Both the position numbers and the translations under genes were made by a program. A DNA stretch of 40,003 bases from a virus: the IMG/VR virus record IMGVR_UViG_3300045988_056140; one strand, given 5' to 3'. Of the stretch, positions 23,935 to 32,014 are shown one piece after another; the stretch's first letter is position 1; the number at the start of each line of letters is the position of its first letter. The notes beneath the pieces were generated by a model. It ran no database searches and was not told where the DNA came from. It saw nothing but the letters and a program-made list of their open reading frames with translations.

Positions 23935-24279
23935 TTACTGCCCCCCTGTGTATTTCAGATAGATTTCAAGCTGTGATCCGCTGCCAAGCTCCATTGGATT
24001 GTCGATCAGCGTAACTTCGTATCGCTTGCCGCCGATGACCATTCTGCTGTTTTCAGCATTGATCCGGCTGTCAAGCGGCACATAGTCAGCTACAAAGACG
24101 TGTGTGGATTCTTGGATTTTGGCGTTGAAGGTTGTATGTCTGGAATCGCCAGCAGAAAGGTCAAGCCAGCCTTTTAGTGTCTGTGCATCCGTCCACGACT
24201 TTACATTCTCGCCAATTTCGTTTTTGGTGGAAGTGTAGACTTGGATCGTTGCTGTGATATTGCCGCCAATGCCTTTCAT
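23935..24279 (-). CDS. Head closure/head-tail adaptor protein
   Basis: 114 aa, TIQVYTSTKNEIGENVKSWTDAQTLKGWLDLSAGDSR pattern, plus synteny. Confidence 0.7.
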   Translation of the reverse strand: MKGIGGNITATIQVYTSTKNEIGENVKSWTDAQTLKGWLDLSAGDSRHTTFNAKIQESTHVFVADYVPLDSRINAENSRMVIGGKRYEVTLIDNPMELGSGSQLEIYLKYTGGQ

Positions 24280-24824
24280 ACTCTCAACCCCTGTCCAAAC
24301 CGCGCCTTCATATAAGGCCGTAGGAAGCCCGTCAGAGCCTTCGGAAATCCGATAGTGGAATTATCCCCGGTCATGTCGAAATACGTCACAGAGTGCCTTG
24401 AAATCGTCTCAGAGGACACGCCAGCCTTGTCCCCGTTGTCAAGCTGCCATTTCAGCATATTCGCCACGCCCAGCTTGACATCTGCGGGATAGACAACCTT
24501 TGTGATGACAACGCCGCTTTCCTCATACAAATCCTCATTGACGGTGATTGCGCTGCCGACAACAGCTTTGACAGTGACAAGGCCATCATTCAAGTCAGAT
24601 TCCGTGACTTGCAGCGTGTCACCAACCTTGAACGGATTTGCGTTCTGCACCAGCAGCACATTATCTGCCATAGCAACCGCCACGGCACGGAACGCCCGTT
24701 TCTGGAAGTTGTTATTGGTATATGCACGAATAAGAAGTTCAAGCGCCTGAAGCCGTGCTTCAAGCGCCTGATCCTCTTCATCCGTTGTCACAAACTGCCG
24801 AAGTTCGGCAACGGTCATAATCAT
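24276..24824 (-). CDS. gp6-like head-tail connector protein
   Basis: 182 aa, MTVAELRQFVTTDEEDQALEARLQALELLIRAYTNNNF. Directly downstream of the capsid gene. Confidence 0.7.
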   Translation of the reverse strand: MIMTVAELRQFVTTDEEDQALEARLQALELLIRAYTNNNFQKRAFRAVAVAMADNVLLVQNANPFKVGDTLQVTESDLNDGLVTVKAVVGSAITVNEDLYEESGVVITKVVYPADVKLGVANMLKWQLDNGDKAGVSSETISRHSVTYFDMTGDNSTIGFPKALTGFLRPYMKARFGQGLRV

Positions 24825-24848
24825 AAGGTTTCAGCTCCTTACTTCTTG

Positions 24849-25724
24849 TCACTTCTTGAACTTCGCCAGAACCACCTTGGAAGTGTTGGACAGGGCAACG
24901 GCATAGTGCTTATCAACGGAAATGTCGGTCTTGCGGGACAGGCTCACGCGGTCAGTCTCCACATTGGTGTCACGCTTCAGGTAGATGGTCAGCGCGGCAG
25001 CGTCATCCTCGGTTTCCGCATCATTGTTCAGCTTGACGATGGGGCAGGCGTAGCAATCAACCTGACTGCCGGTTTCGCCAACCTTCACCACGGGCACCTT
25101 CTTGGACGGCACCACACGGCAGTTTGCGATCATGCCGATCTCGCCGGACAGGATGACACCGGCCTTGTACTTGTCCGCGCTGATGAAATCAGAATCCTTG
25201 CGGAGCTGCGTCACCTGCTTGGGGTGGACGAAGATGACCTTTTCGCTGTTGACCTCCTCCTCGAACAGATCAATAGCGTCCACGATGCCGGAATACTTGA
25301 TCGCGGCGGCGCTGCCGTCATAGGTGAGCTGTGCGCCCTGAAGGGCGGTCATAGCATCACTGTCCACCTTGGAAGCAATGGACTTCGCAAGCTGGGTGTT
25401 GGTTTCGCCAACAGGGTTGCCGTAGCCGGAAAGAACCGCTTCGTCCGTCAGCTCAACGGCCTTCATGGCCTTCTTGACGGTGACGGTAGTGGTGGAGGCG
25501 GTCAGCTTCACGGTTTCAGCGGCCACACCCTCCGCGATGTCGGCAGCATCGCCAATATAGGCGTACTGCGGCACGGTAACGGTGTTGCCAGGAACGCCCT
25601 GAAGGGTGGTGTCGATCTTCGCAAAGGGCGCGACAACGATCTTGCTTGCGATTTTAGCGGAGATCATGTCCGCCATGACCTGGGGATTAATCAGGTCAGA
25701 AAGTTTGGTAGTCTGATTAGCCAT
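24849..25724 (-). CDS. Major capsid protein (HK97 fold)
   Basis: 291 aa, MANQTTKLSDLINPQVMADMISAKI.... Preceded by the scaffold gene. No prohead protease (SPP1-like arrangement). Confidence 0.85.
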   Translation of the reverse strand: MANQTTKLSDLINPQVMADMISAKIASKIVVAPFAKIDTTLQGVPGNTVTVPQYAYIGDAADIAEGVAAETVKLTASTTTVTVKKAMKAVELTDEAVLSGYGNPVGETNTQLAKSIASKVDSDAMTALQGAQLTYDGSAAAIKYSGIVDAIDLFEEEVNSEKVIFVHPKQVTQLRKDSDFISADKYKAGVILSGEIGMIANCRVVPSKKVPVVKVGETGSQVDCYACPIVKLNNDAETEDDAAALTIYLKRDTNVETDRVSLSRKTDISVDKHYAVALSNTSKVVLAKFKK

Positions 25725-25744
25725 TGTATCAGTTTCCTTTCATG

Positions 25745-26401
25745 TTAGTTTTTTGTGAGTTCTGCGTAGGTATCGGGATTCTCGTTGAACAGCTTCAGCC
25801 GTTCCTGGTAGCTCATTTTGGCGAAGTCATCCTTCGTCACAGAATCGCCGCCGCCCTGTTCGTCAGGTAGCTTGTTCTCGATGACCTTCTTACTGCCGGA
25901 GCCTTCAAACTGCGCCGGGAACTGCGTTTTTAGCCCGGCCAGCTTGTCATCCATGCCCTTGATCTTGCCGTTTTCGTCAAGCGTCAGTTCATCGGCACTG
26001 TACTTCTCGCGCAGCTTGAAAGCCAAATAGTCGGGATCAACCGCCTTTGCATCGCGCAAGGCAAGCTGAATAGCATTTTCCAGCTTGGTCTTTTCAAGCT
26101 CTGCCTGAAGCTGCTGCACCTGCGTTTCATAGCCGGTGATCTTGCCCTGCAAGTCCTCATTGCCCTTGGTGCCCTTCTTCAGCTCAGCAATCAGGCCGTT
26201 GGCGGTGTCCAGTTCGGTTGTCTTTCCGTCAAGCAACGCCTGAAGGGAATCATACTTCCCCTTGCCGACATATTCTCCGCTGCCAAGGTTGGCAAGCTTG
26301 ATTTGCTTGTCCTTGTTGGCTTCGTTGCCGTTGTAGGCGTTGAGCGCGGTTTCCACCTGCTTATAGAGTTCTTCGCCCAAAATCTCTTTCAGAAATTCCA
26401 T
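25745..26401 (-). CDS. Scaffolding protein
   Basis: About 218 aa, acidic and coiled-coil: MEFLKEILGEELYKQVETALNAYNG.... AGGAAG RBS before ATG 26401. The track start 26446 is less likely. Confidence 0.75.
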   Translation of the reverse strand: MEFLKEILGEELYKQVETALNAYNGNEANKDKQIKLANLGSGEYVGKGKYDSLQALLDGKTTELDTANGLIAELKKGTKGNEDLQGKITGYETQVQQLQAELEKTKLENAIQLALRDAKAVDPDYLAFKLREKYSADELTLDENGKIKGMDDKLAGLKTQFPAQFEGSGSKKVIENKLPDEQGGGDSVTKDDFAKMSYQERLKLFNENPDTYAELTKN

Positions 26402-26529
26402 TGTTTGTACTTCCTTTCTTGTCATTGTTTTTAAGCGTGGTATCATCCACTGACAAGCACCCGTTTAAGCGTCCGGGCGCAAGACAAGTTTATTTGTTGG
26501 ATAGTTTAAGCGCCGTGTCCTGGGCAATG

Positions 26530-26564
26530 AAAAAACCATATCCGTGATGTCACGAAAATGGTTT
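26530..26564 (-). terminator. Terminator after the endolysin gene
   Basis: Minus RNA AAACCAU-UUU-CGUG-ACAU-CACG-GAU-AUGGUUU followed by UUUC. The 5' arm overlaps the endolysin stop. Confidence 0.5.
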
Positions 26565-27420
26565 AATCAGCTCTGATATAACCGGCAAATCCGGCATCCG
26601 TCAGCCGCTTCAGCATCTTTTCCGCGTTCTCGCGGACGGCGAAGGCGCCCACCTGCACGCGGTAGAGCTTATTGGTGGCAGGCTGCTCCGGCTCGGGGGC
26701 GGGCTCTACCGGCTCGGCAGGCGTGGGCTGCTCCGGTTCATCGCCAGTCAGGATAGCGTTCACACGATCCTGTACGGTGTCGTAGTCGTACCCCGCTGCC
26801 TCCAGGCGCTGGCGGCGGTCGGAGCCATTGCCCCACTCGCCGCGGATCACCTCCCGGGCAACCTCGTCCACGGACTTAGCGGGCGCGGCCTGCTCCTTCC
26901 CCTTGAAGTTCACGCCGAAGTAGTCGCAGATGCCCTGGGCGATGGTCTCGCCGATAAGCCCGGTATTCTCCACGATCCACTTAGACGCAGTGGGGTTATC
27001 GTGGAACTCGCACTCGATGTAGGCCGTAGGGGCGGCAGGCACCCGTACCTCGTACAGGGAAGCGTCCACCCGGATATTCTCGCTGGTGCCGGGGGTAACG
27101 GGTGCCAGGCGGTTAAAAATGGCCTTGCAGGCCTTCATGCCCTCACCGTTGCTGTTAAAGCAGAACATCCGCGTGCCGCTCACCGTGCCGTTAAAGGCAT
27201 TGGTGTGGATGGGAACATGGAGGTCAGCGCCGAAGGCGTTAGATGCCTGGCACTTCTCCTGCATGGATTCGTCATGCATCAGCTTCACGGTCACGCCGCT
27301 GCGCTCCAGGGCGGCCTTGCAGGCCTCGGCGATCTTGCCGCACTGTACGCCCTCGGTGGTGTCGCCGTAGGCGTAGCGGTTATCGTACTGGTTGCTGGGG
27401 GAAAGAAATACTTTAGGCAT
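26563..27420 (-). CDS. Endolysin: N-acetylmuramoyl-L-alanine amidase plus CW_7-like repeat plus SPOR domain
   Basis: 285 aa. N-terminus MPKVFLSPSNQYDNRYAYGDTTEG (amidase type), middle VIRGEWGNGSDRRQRLEAAGYDYDTVQDRVN (CW_7-like), C-terminus YRVQVGAFAVRENAEKMLKRLTDAGFAGYI (SPOR-like). Confidence 0.85.
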   Translation of the reverse strand: MPKVFLSPSNQYDNRYAYGDTTEGVQCGKIAEACKAALERSGVTVKLMHDESMQEKCQASNAFGADLHVPIHTNAFNGTVSGTRMFCFNSNGEGMKACKAIFNRLAPVTPGTSENIRVDASLYEVRVPAAPTAYIECEFHDNPTASKWIVENTGLIGETIAQGICDYFGVNFKGKEQAAPAKSVDEVAREVIRGEWGNGSDRRQRLEAAGYDYDTVQDRVNAILTGDEPEQPTPAEPVEPAPEPEQPATNKLYRVQVGAFAVRENAEKMLKRLTDAGFAGYIRAD

Positions 27421-27628
27421 TGCTTTCCACCTCGCATTCCTCGGGAATACCGGCCAGCGAAGTCAGCAGCGACAGCACACCGGACAGCAGGGAAGCGCTG
27501 CCCACCATGATCCAGTTTACTTCACTCAGCACCGCGCTGGTGCCGATGGTTGCAACCGCAGTCTGCGCAACGGTTTTCAGCGCTCTGATACCAGCCTTCT
27601 TGATCCAATCCTTCCAACATCTTTTCAT
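27413..27628 (-). CDS. Holin (phiLC3/LL-H-like family)
   Basis: 71 aa, ...IRALKTVAQTAVATIGTSAVLSEVNWIMVGSASLLSGVLSLLTSLAGIPE. Overlaps the endolysin start by 8 nt. Confidence 0.75.
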   Translation of the reverse strand: MKRCWKDWIKKAGIRALKTVAQTAVATIGTSAVLSEVNWIMVGSASLLSGVLSLLTSLAGIPEECEVESNA

Positions 27629-27812
27629 GGTTATTTACCATCCTTTCATAAATTAAAAAACAACCTGTAAATTTTAATTACAAGTTGCTTTCTTACGAAG
27701 TTTGTTAAATTGTCTTTAGTTGTTTGTTGTGTTTTTACTTGATTATTTACTTGACTGCAACTTGTGAACGCACGATAAACGCATCAAAAACGCACAGCGT
27801 GTGTTTTGGGCA

Positions 27813-27845
27813 TAGAAAAAGCACCGTGCGGATGCATGGTGCTTT
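27813..27845 (-). terminator. Terminator between the MuF-associated small gene and the lysis cassette
   Basis: 12-bp stem AAAGCACCxUGC/GCAxGGUGCUUU with a GGAT/ATCC loop and one mismatch or wobble. A U-run follows on the minus strand. Confidence 0.6.
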
Positions 27846-28072
27846 TATGCCACTTTCTCAATCTTTTCAATATCCTCGCTTCGCAGCTCAAAGTATGCTT
27901 CAGGCGCATACGCACGAAATGAAAGGATATTATAATCAAGCTCTTCGCCGTTGTCATCGAACGCCGGTTCAATGCCTAACGAATATCCTTCGATGACATC
28001 GCCATTGGAAAGCGTAATTCTTAATTTGGTTTTTCCTGCTGACATAACTTCAGCTTCAATAATTTTACTCAT
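27845..28072 (-). CDS. Small acidic protein, translationally coupled to MuF (candidate immunity protein)
   Basis: 75 aa rich in D/E. ATG 28072 lies 1 nt after the MuF stop at 28074-28076. Confidence 0.6.
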   Translation of the reverse strand: MSKIIEAEVMSAGKTKLRITLSNGDVIEGYSLGIEPAFDDNGEELDYNILSFRAYAPEAYFELRSEDIEKIEKVA

Positions 28073-28073
28073 A

Positions 28074-29522
28074 TTAATCCCAATCCTTTACCGGGTACGC
28101 ATGAACGCCGCTGTTACTATAATGAATAGCCAGCTTTACAACATCAACATATTTTTTGGTGCCATAATTATACGCCATTCCGATGGGTTTTGCAAGAGAA
28201 ATGTATTCTTTTGGATATTCGGCCTTCTCGCTCCTAAACTCAATCAAGCCAGTGCCAAAAAGGCCAGACAAGAGCGCTTCAACATCTGTCCCCTCATAAA
28301 AGAATGTTGAATGTTCGCCACTCTCGTTTTCTTGCTGTTCCCGTTTTAGCCGTTCAGCAGTTCCAGCAATGTGTTGATCTTGCTTTTGCTTTCTGACTTT
28401 AAGATTGATGTTCCCTGCCGCAAGTGCCTTCTTGAAGTCATCTGCTTTTCTTGCATTTACATCTTTTGGGCAAGCGAAAAACTGAAGTCCAATGCGCTTC
28501 AGGCTGTCTTGCTCTCTGCTGGTTGCGCCGAGGAACTTTCGCTTGTAATCCTCAAAGTTTTCCGTCTTGTCAATCCCAAAGAACGCAGCCCGATCTTTCA
28601 GCGTGTTCAATTCTTCTTCATCCAGCGCCCACCGCGCCCTTGTGTTGGCCGTGCAGCGGCAGTTGACAACTTCGGCAGCTCCACCAGAAGGATCGCCGGG
28701 GAACATCAAGCCGTTGGAAAACTTTTCGTCAAGTTCCCTGATTTCACCGTCAACCCTTGCGTGGGAAGGCCGTGTTCTGCCATCTAAGGCGCTGTCCCAC
28801 ATCCGCACAACATCCGCGCCGCGCTTTGCGGCAGCTTTTCTTGATTCCTCTGTTGACTGCTGCTGTATACGGTGTGATTCAGTTCTAACAATACGCTTTG
28901 CGTTGGATAGAGGGACATTCACCGTGCTTTTCAAGTTCCGTGCAATGTCGGAATATGGCAGACTGGAAGCAATGCCCCGGCTGATCTCCTGTGTGATGGT
29001 CTTTTTCAGCTTCTTTACATTCACGCCCAGCGCGTTATAAAGACCGTTGCTGACCTTGGAATCGGTCAGTACGGCCTTGACCGCTGCCGCTTGGTCAATG
29101 GGCACGACCAGCGGAACGCCTTGCCCCGCTATGTCGTACATAGTCCCGATAAAGCCCGTTTCATAGCACCCATTCAGGTATTTGTCAATGGTGGCGTAAT
29201 TGTCACCGTGCATCTTGTCAAGAATGCCGCTGACCTGCCCCTGAAGCGCTTTTTGATAGTTCTGCTGATAAATCTTTGACCGCTTCTGTGATTGCAGCAG
29301 CGCCCTCGTGGTATCGTCAAGACCGTCCTGTGAAAGCGCCTGATCCAGAAGGTCTATGTCAGCCTGAAACAGCTTCACTTTCTCGTTGATGTCCTTCAGC
29401 GCCTTGGCATACTGTTTTTCAAGTTCTTGGATAACCTTCTTTTCTTCCTCTAACTGGTATTCAAGAACTTCCTTTTGGCGTTTGTTAATAGTATCACCAC
29501 CCCAACAGAAAAAGGAAACCAC
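28074..29522 (-). CDS. Minor head protein (SPP1 gp7/Mu F family) with C-terminal toxin-like extension
   Basis: 482 aa. MuF core RIVRTESHRIQQQS...ALDGRTRPSHARVDGE...VVNCRCT. An extra ~150 aa ends ...QDQHIAGT...LFGTGL...AIHYSNSGVHAYPV. GTG start with AGGAAG RBS. Confidence 0.8.
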   Translation of the reverse strand: MVSFFCWGGDTINKRQKEVLEYQLEEEKKVIQELEKQYAKALKDINEKVKLFQADIDLLDQALSQDGLDDTTRALLQSQKRSKIYQQNYQKALQGQVSGILDKMHGDNYATIDKYLNGCYETGFIGTMYDIAGQGVPLVVPIDQAAAVKAVLTDSKVSNGLYNALGVNVKKLKKTITQEISRGIASSLPYSDIARNLKSTVNVPLSNAKRIVRTESHRIQQQSTEESRKAAAKRGADVVRMWDSALDGRTRPSHARVDGEIRELDEKFSNGLMFPGDPSGGAAEVVNCRCTANTRARWALDEEELNTLKDRAAFFGIDKTENFEDYKRKFLGATSREQDSLKRIGLQFFACPKDVNARKADDFKKALAAGNINLKVRKQKQDQHIAGTAERLKREQQENESGEHSTFFYEGTDVEALLSGLFGTGLIEFRSEKAEYPKEYISLAKPIGMAYNYGTKKYVDVVKLAIHYSNSGVHAYPVKDWD

Positions 29523-29523
29523 A

Positions 29524-30075
29524 TTATGTGGCTTCCTTAAATCTCCACTTAAAGCCGTAAGCCGTTCGTGTCTTACCGTTCAGGCAATGGCTTATTGCAC
29601 CAGTGAACTTACCGCTAATTTCCCGTTCAGCAGCCGATGCAGAAGAATACTCCTTGATTACATTCCCATCTAAATCGCACTGCACGATGGGCTTTTCGAT
29701 TTTGGCGTTTGTTCGTTCTCGTTTTGTTCCATACATATTGTTGTACGATCTGGAACACCATTCAAGGTTGTCAGCGCAGTTGTTGTGCTTGTTTTCGTCT
29801 TTGTGGTTTACCTGAACAGCATCAAGGTTTTTAGTAGGAATAAAAGCTGCCGCAACAAGCCTGTGAACATCAAAGGATGTGTACTTGTTCCCTTTGCAAA
29901 GGTTCACAGCTAAATACCCGGCGTTTGTTTGGTGCGTTGACATCAAACAGCCCTTGCGGAACTGTTTGCCTGATCTTGCGTGTGGAACATACCTGTCAAG
30001 GCTTCTGACGCGCCCAAGATTACTTACTTGGTATAGTCCTTCGTAGCCTTGAATGTCTCTCCAAACTTCTTCCAT
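29524..30075 (-). CDS. HNH homing endonuclease (NUMOD4 plus HNH_3-like)
   Basis: 183 aa, WRDIQGYEGLYQVSNLGRVRS (NUMOD4) and VHRLVAAAFIP...VNHKDENKHNNCADNLEW (HNH). Confidence 0.85.
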   Translation of the reverse strand: MEEVWRDIQGYEGLYQVSNLGRVRSLDRYVPHARSGKQFRKGCLMSTHQTNAGYLAVNLCKGNKYTSFDVHRLVAAAFIPTKNLDAVQVNHKDENKHNNCADNLEWCSRSYNNMYGTKRERTNAKIEKPIVQCDLDGNVIKEYSSASAAEREISGKFTGAISHCLNGKTRTAYGFKWRFKEAT

Positions 30076-30185
30076 CAGCTCACCCCCAGCAGCGCCTTTT
30101 CCATCAGCGTATAAAAGAAAGCTAAATCTTCATCGCTCATGTTCTTCAGCATCTCCACGATTGCGCTCTTGTAGTAGTCAGACAT
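30075..30185 (-). CDS. Possible 36-aa micro-protein coupled to the HNH gene
   Basis: MSDYYKSAIVEMLKNMSDEDLAFFYTLMEKALLGVS. AAAGGTGG RBS and a TGATG overlap with the HNH start. Confidence 0.3.
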   Translation of the reverse strand: MSDYYKSAIVEMLKNMSDEDLAFFYTLMEKALLGVS

Positions 30186-30226
30186 AATATAGCCACCTTT
30201 CTTTGTTTTGTGGCTCTATTCTATAC

Positions 30227-30311
30227 CATTGCGCAAGTACATTCAATAGGCGTTATAGCCAAAATTATGTCATTGCGTTAGTACAATTTATACACTTGCG
30301 CAACTATACAT
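30227..30311. promoter_or_regulatory. Three direct repeats (CATTGCGCAAGTACATT / CATTGCGTTAGTACAATT / ACTTGCGCAACTATACAT), probable RHH operators
   Basis: Copies start at 30227, 30271 and 30295. The third overlaps the -35 element of the RHH promoter. Confidence 0.5.
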
Positions 30312-30324
30312 AGAGTGCTATAAT
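30296..30324 (+). promoter_or_regulatory. Promoter of the RHH gene (TTGCGC-N17-TATAAT with TG extended -10)
   Basis: TTGCGC 30296-30301, TG 30316-30317, TATAAT 30319-30324. AAGGAGG RBS before ATG 30354. Confidence 0.6.
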
Positions 30325-30353
30325 ATTGTAAATCTTTGGTAAGGAGGTAAGCC

Positions 30354-30542
30354 ATGGGAACAGCAAGAACAAAAGCAAATAACAAGTGGAACTCAAAAGC
30401 CTATGACAGAATCAATCTGACCGTACCGAAAGGGCAGAAAGATGAAATCAAGGCCCATGCCGACAGCATGGGCGAAAGCGTAAACGGCTTTATCAACAGA
30501 GCAATCAATCAGACAATGGAAACAGACAAAAAAGAGGGCTGA
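30354..30542 (+). CDS. Ribbon-helix-helix (Arc/CopG/antitoxin-like) DNA-binding protein
   Basis: 62 aa, KWNSKAYDRINLTVPKGQKDEIKAHADSMGESVNGFINRAINQ. Only plus-strand gene inside the late region. Confidence 0.7.
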   Translation: MGTARTKANNKWNSKAYDRINLTVPKGQKDEIKAHADSMGESVNGFINRAINQTMETDKKEG

Positions 30543-30556
30543 AAAGTCCTCTTTTT
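30532..30556 (+). terminator. Terminator of the RHH gene
   Basis: AAGAGG (30532-30537) pairs with CCTCTT (30548-30553), followed by a T-run. Overlaps the RHH stop and abuts the portal stop. Confidence 0.5.
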
Positions 30557-32000
30557 ATTCTTCCGGCACAACCTCATTCAAGGCGGCTTTTGCAGCAGCC
30601 GTTTCGTCAGTTTCCGGCTTCGGGAATCTGTCTTTATACTCGGTATAATCCAAGTCAAGCACATCACACACTTGTTCCATAAGGACTTCGTTTCCAATCT
30701 GTGCCGAAAGATTCAGCAGTGTTGTAATTCTTGCCTGTTGCTCCTGTGCTTCAATGAGCTTAATTTGTGCGTTGTCCTGTTCGTTTGTGATGATTTCCCT
30801 TGTAAAGTCGAAATACACATCATTTTGAGTGTAGTCCGTGCCCTGCGTGTCGTTGATTTCCTTCAGCACCAGCTTCAGCAGCTTGCGCATGAACTGTTTA
30901 AGGCTCGGAAGAAGGCCGTCACACTTCATATCAAGCAAAGCATATCGTGATTTGATAACTACATTCGTAATGTTGCCGTCTCCGACCTGCGCAGAATTGA
31001 ATCCCATCCCAAAACGATATATGTTGCTTTCATCCACTTCCATCTTGGTTTTCCGGGCTTCCACCGGGATGTCCACGGTCTTGATGTCAACGCCGCCTTC
31101 ATCGTCCACGCCGATGTGCTTTTTCGCCTTGATATTCAGCATCAGTTCATCCAGGTTGTCACCCTGAAAGCCCCTGACCACATACAGCGCTTCGTTGGTG
31201 TCCTGGATGTTGTTGGAAAGGCCTGCATTCATGAGGTCATAATCATCAATCAGGTCTTTTATGGGCTTCACGCCGCTGACCTGCTTCTTGCCATTGTCCA
31301 GCCGGAAGAAGGGAATTAGGCCGTAGTCCTCATAGTAGGTGCTTTCGTCACCGTCCTTCTTGTAGAGGATATGCGGCCTTGGATTGATTTCAACGGACTT
31401 GTCCAGTTCGATTTTGCCATCATCTTCCTGGCAATAGAAAACGGTTTGGGTATTGTCCCAAACCTGAATCCGCTTGATTTTCTTGTTGTCCTTGCCGATA
31501 CGCTCAATGTACCAGTAGATCACATAGGCGCAGCCGTCATCTGTTTCCTTCTCCCGGACTTCCACCACACCGATGCTGTCAGCCGTTTGAAAGGCCGTCC
31601 TGTCGTTTTCATCCTTATAGGCGTACATATATTCAAAGCCCTTGGAAATGCAGCCCACAAGCAATTCATACAGTTCTGCGGCAAAGGATTCATTTTCATT
31701 GAAATATGCGTCAAGCTCCGTCTGAAGCTCCGGGATGTCGGACTTCACAAAGCCGTCTTTGGCAGAAAGCATGTACTGTGCTTGCTGATCTGTCAGCAGC
31801 TTGAAAAACGGATGGCTGATTCTGATATTGCTCTTGGTCTTATCTTCCTGGAGCTTCCCGTCTGCGTCAAAGAAGAAAATCCGATAGTTGTTAATATCAT
31901 GGTTGCCCTCGTAGTATTTCAATCCTACCTTTGCAAGCCGCTTTTTGGTGCTTGCTGCATCGCTATCCATGAATGCCTTAATCTCACTGACTGTAAGCAT
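30555..32000 (-). CDS. Portal protein (SPP1 gp6-like)
   Basis: 481 aa, MLTVSEIKAFMDSDAASTKKRLAKVGLKYYEGNHDI.... Position downstream of TerL. Confidence 0.85.
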   Translation of the reverse strand: MLTVSEIKAFMDSDAASTKKRLAKVGLKYYEGNHDINNYRIFFFDADGKLQEDKTKSNIRISHPFFKLLTDQQAQYMLSAKDGFVKSDIPELQTELDAYFNENESFAAELYELLVGCISKGFEYMYAYKDENDRTAFQTADSIGVVEVREKETDDGCAYVIYWYIERIGKDNKKIKRIQVWDNTQTVFYCQEDDGKIELDKSVEINPRPHILYKKDGDESTYYEDYGLIPFFRLDNGKKQVSGVKPIKDLIDDYDLMNAGLSNNIQDTNEALYVVRGFQGDNLDELMLNIKAKKHIGVDDEGGVDIKTVDIPVEARKTKMEVDESNIYRFGMGFNSAQVGDGNITNVVIKSRYALLDMKCDGLLPSLKQFMRKLLKLVLKEINDTQGTDYTQNDVYFDFTREIITNEQDNAQIKLIEAQEQQARITTLLNLSAQIGNEVLMEQVCDVLDLDYTEYKDRFPKPETDETAAAKAALNEVVPEE

Positions 32001-32014
32001 AGGGATTCACCGCC

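Noticed and set aside
24609-25748. 379-aa plus-strand ORF overlapping the capsid gene
   Set aside because: It is antisense to a clear major capsid CDS in a GC-rich stretch where stop codons are rare. It has a Gly/Arg/Leu/His-rich low-complexity translation and no start context.
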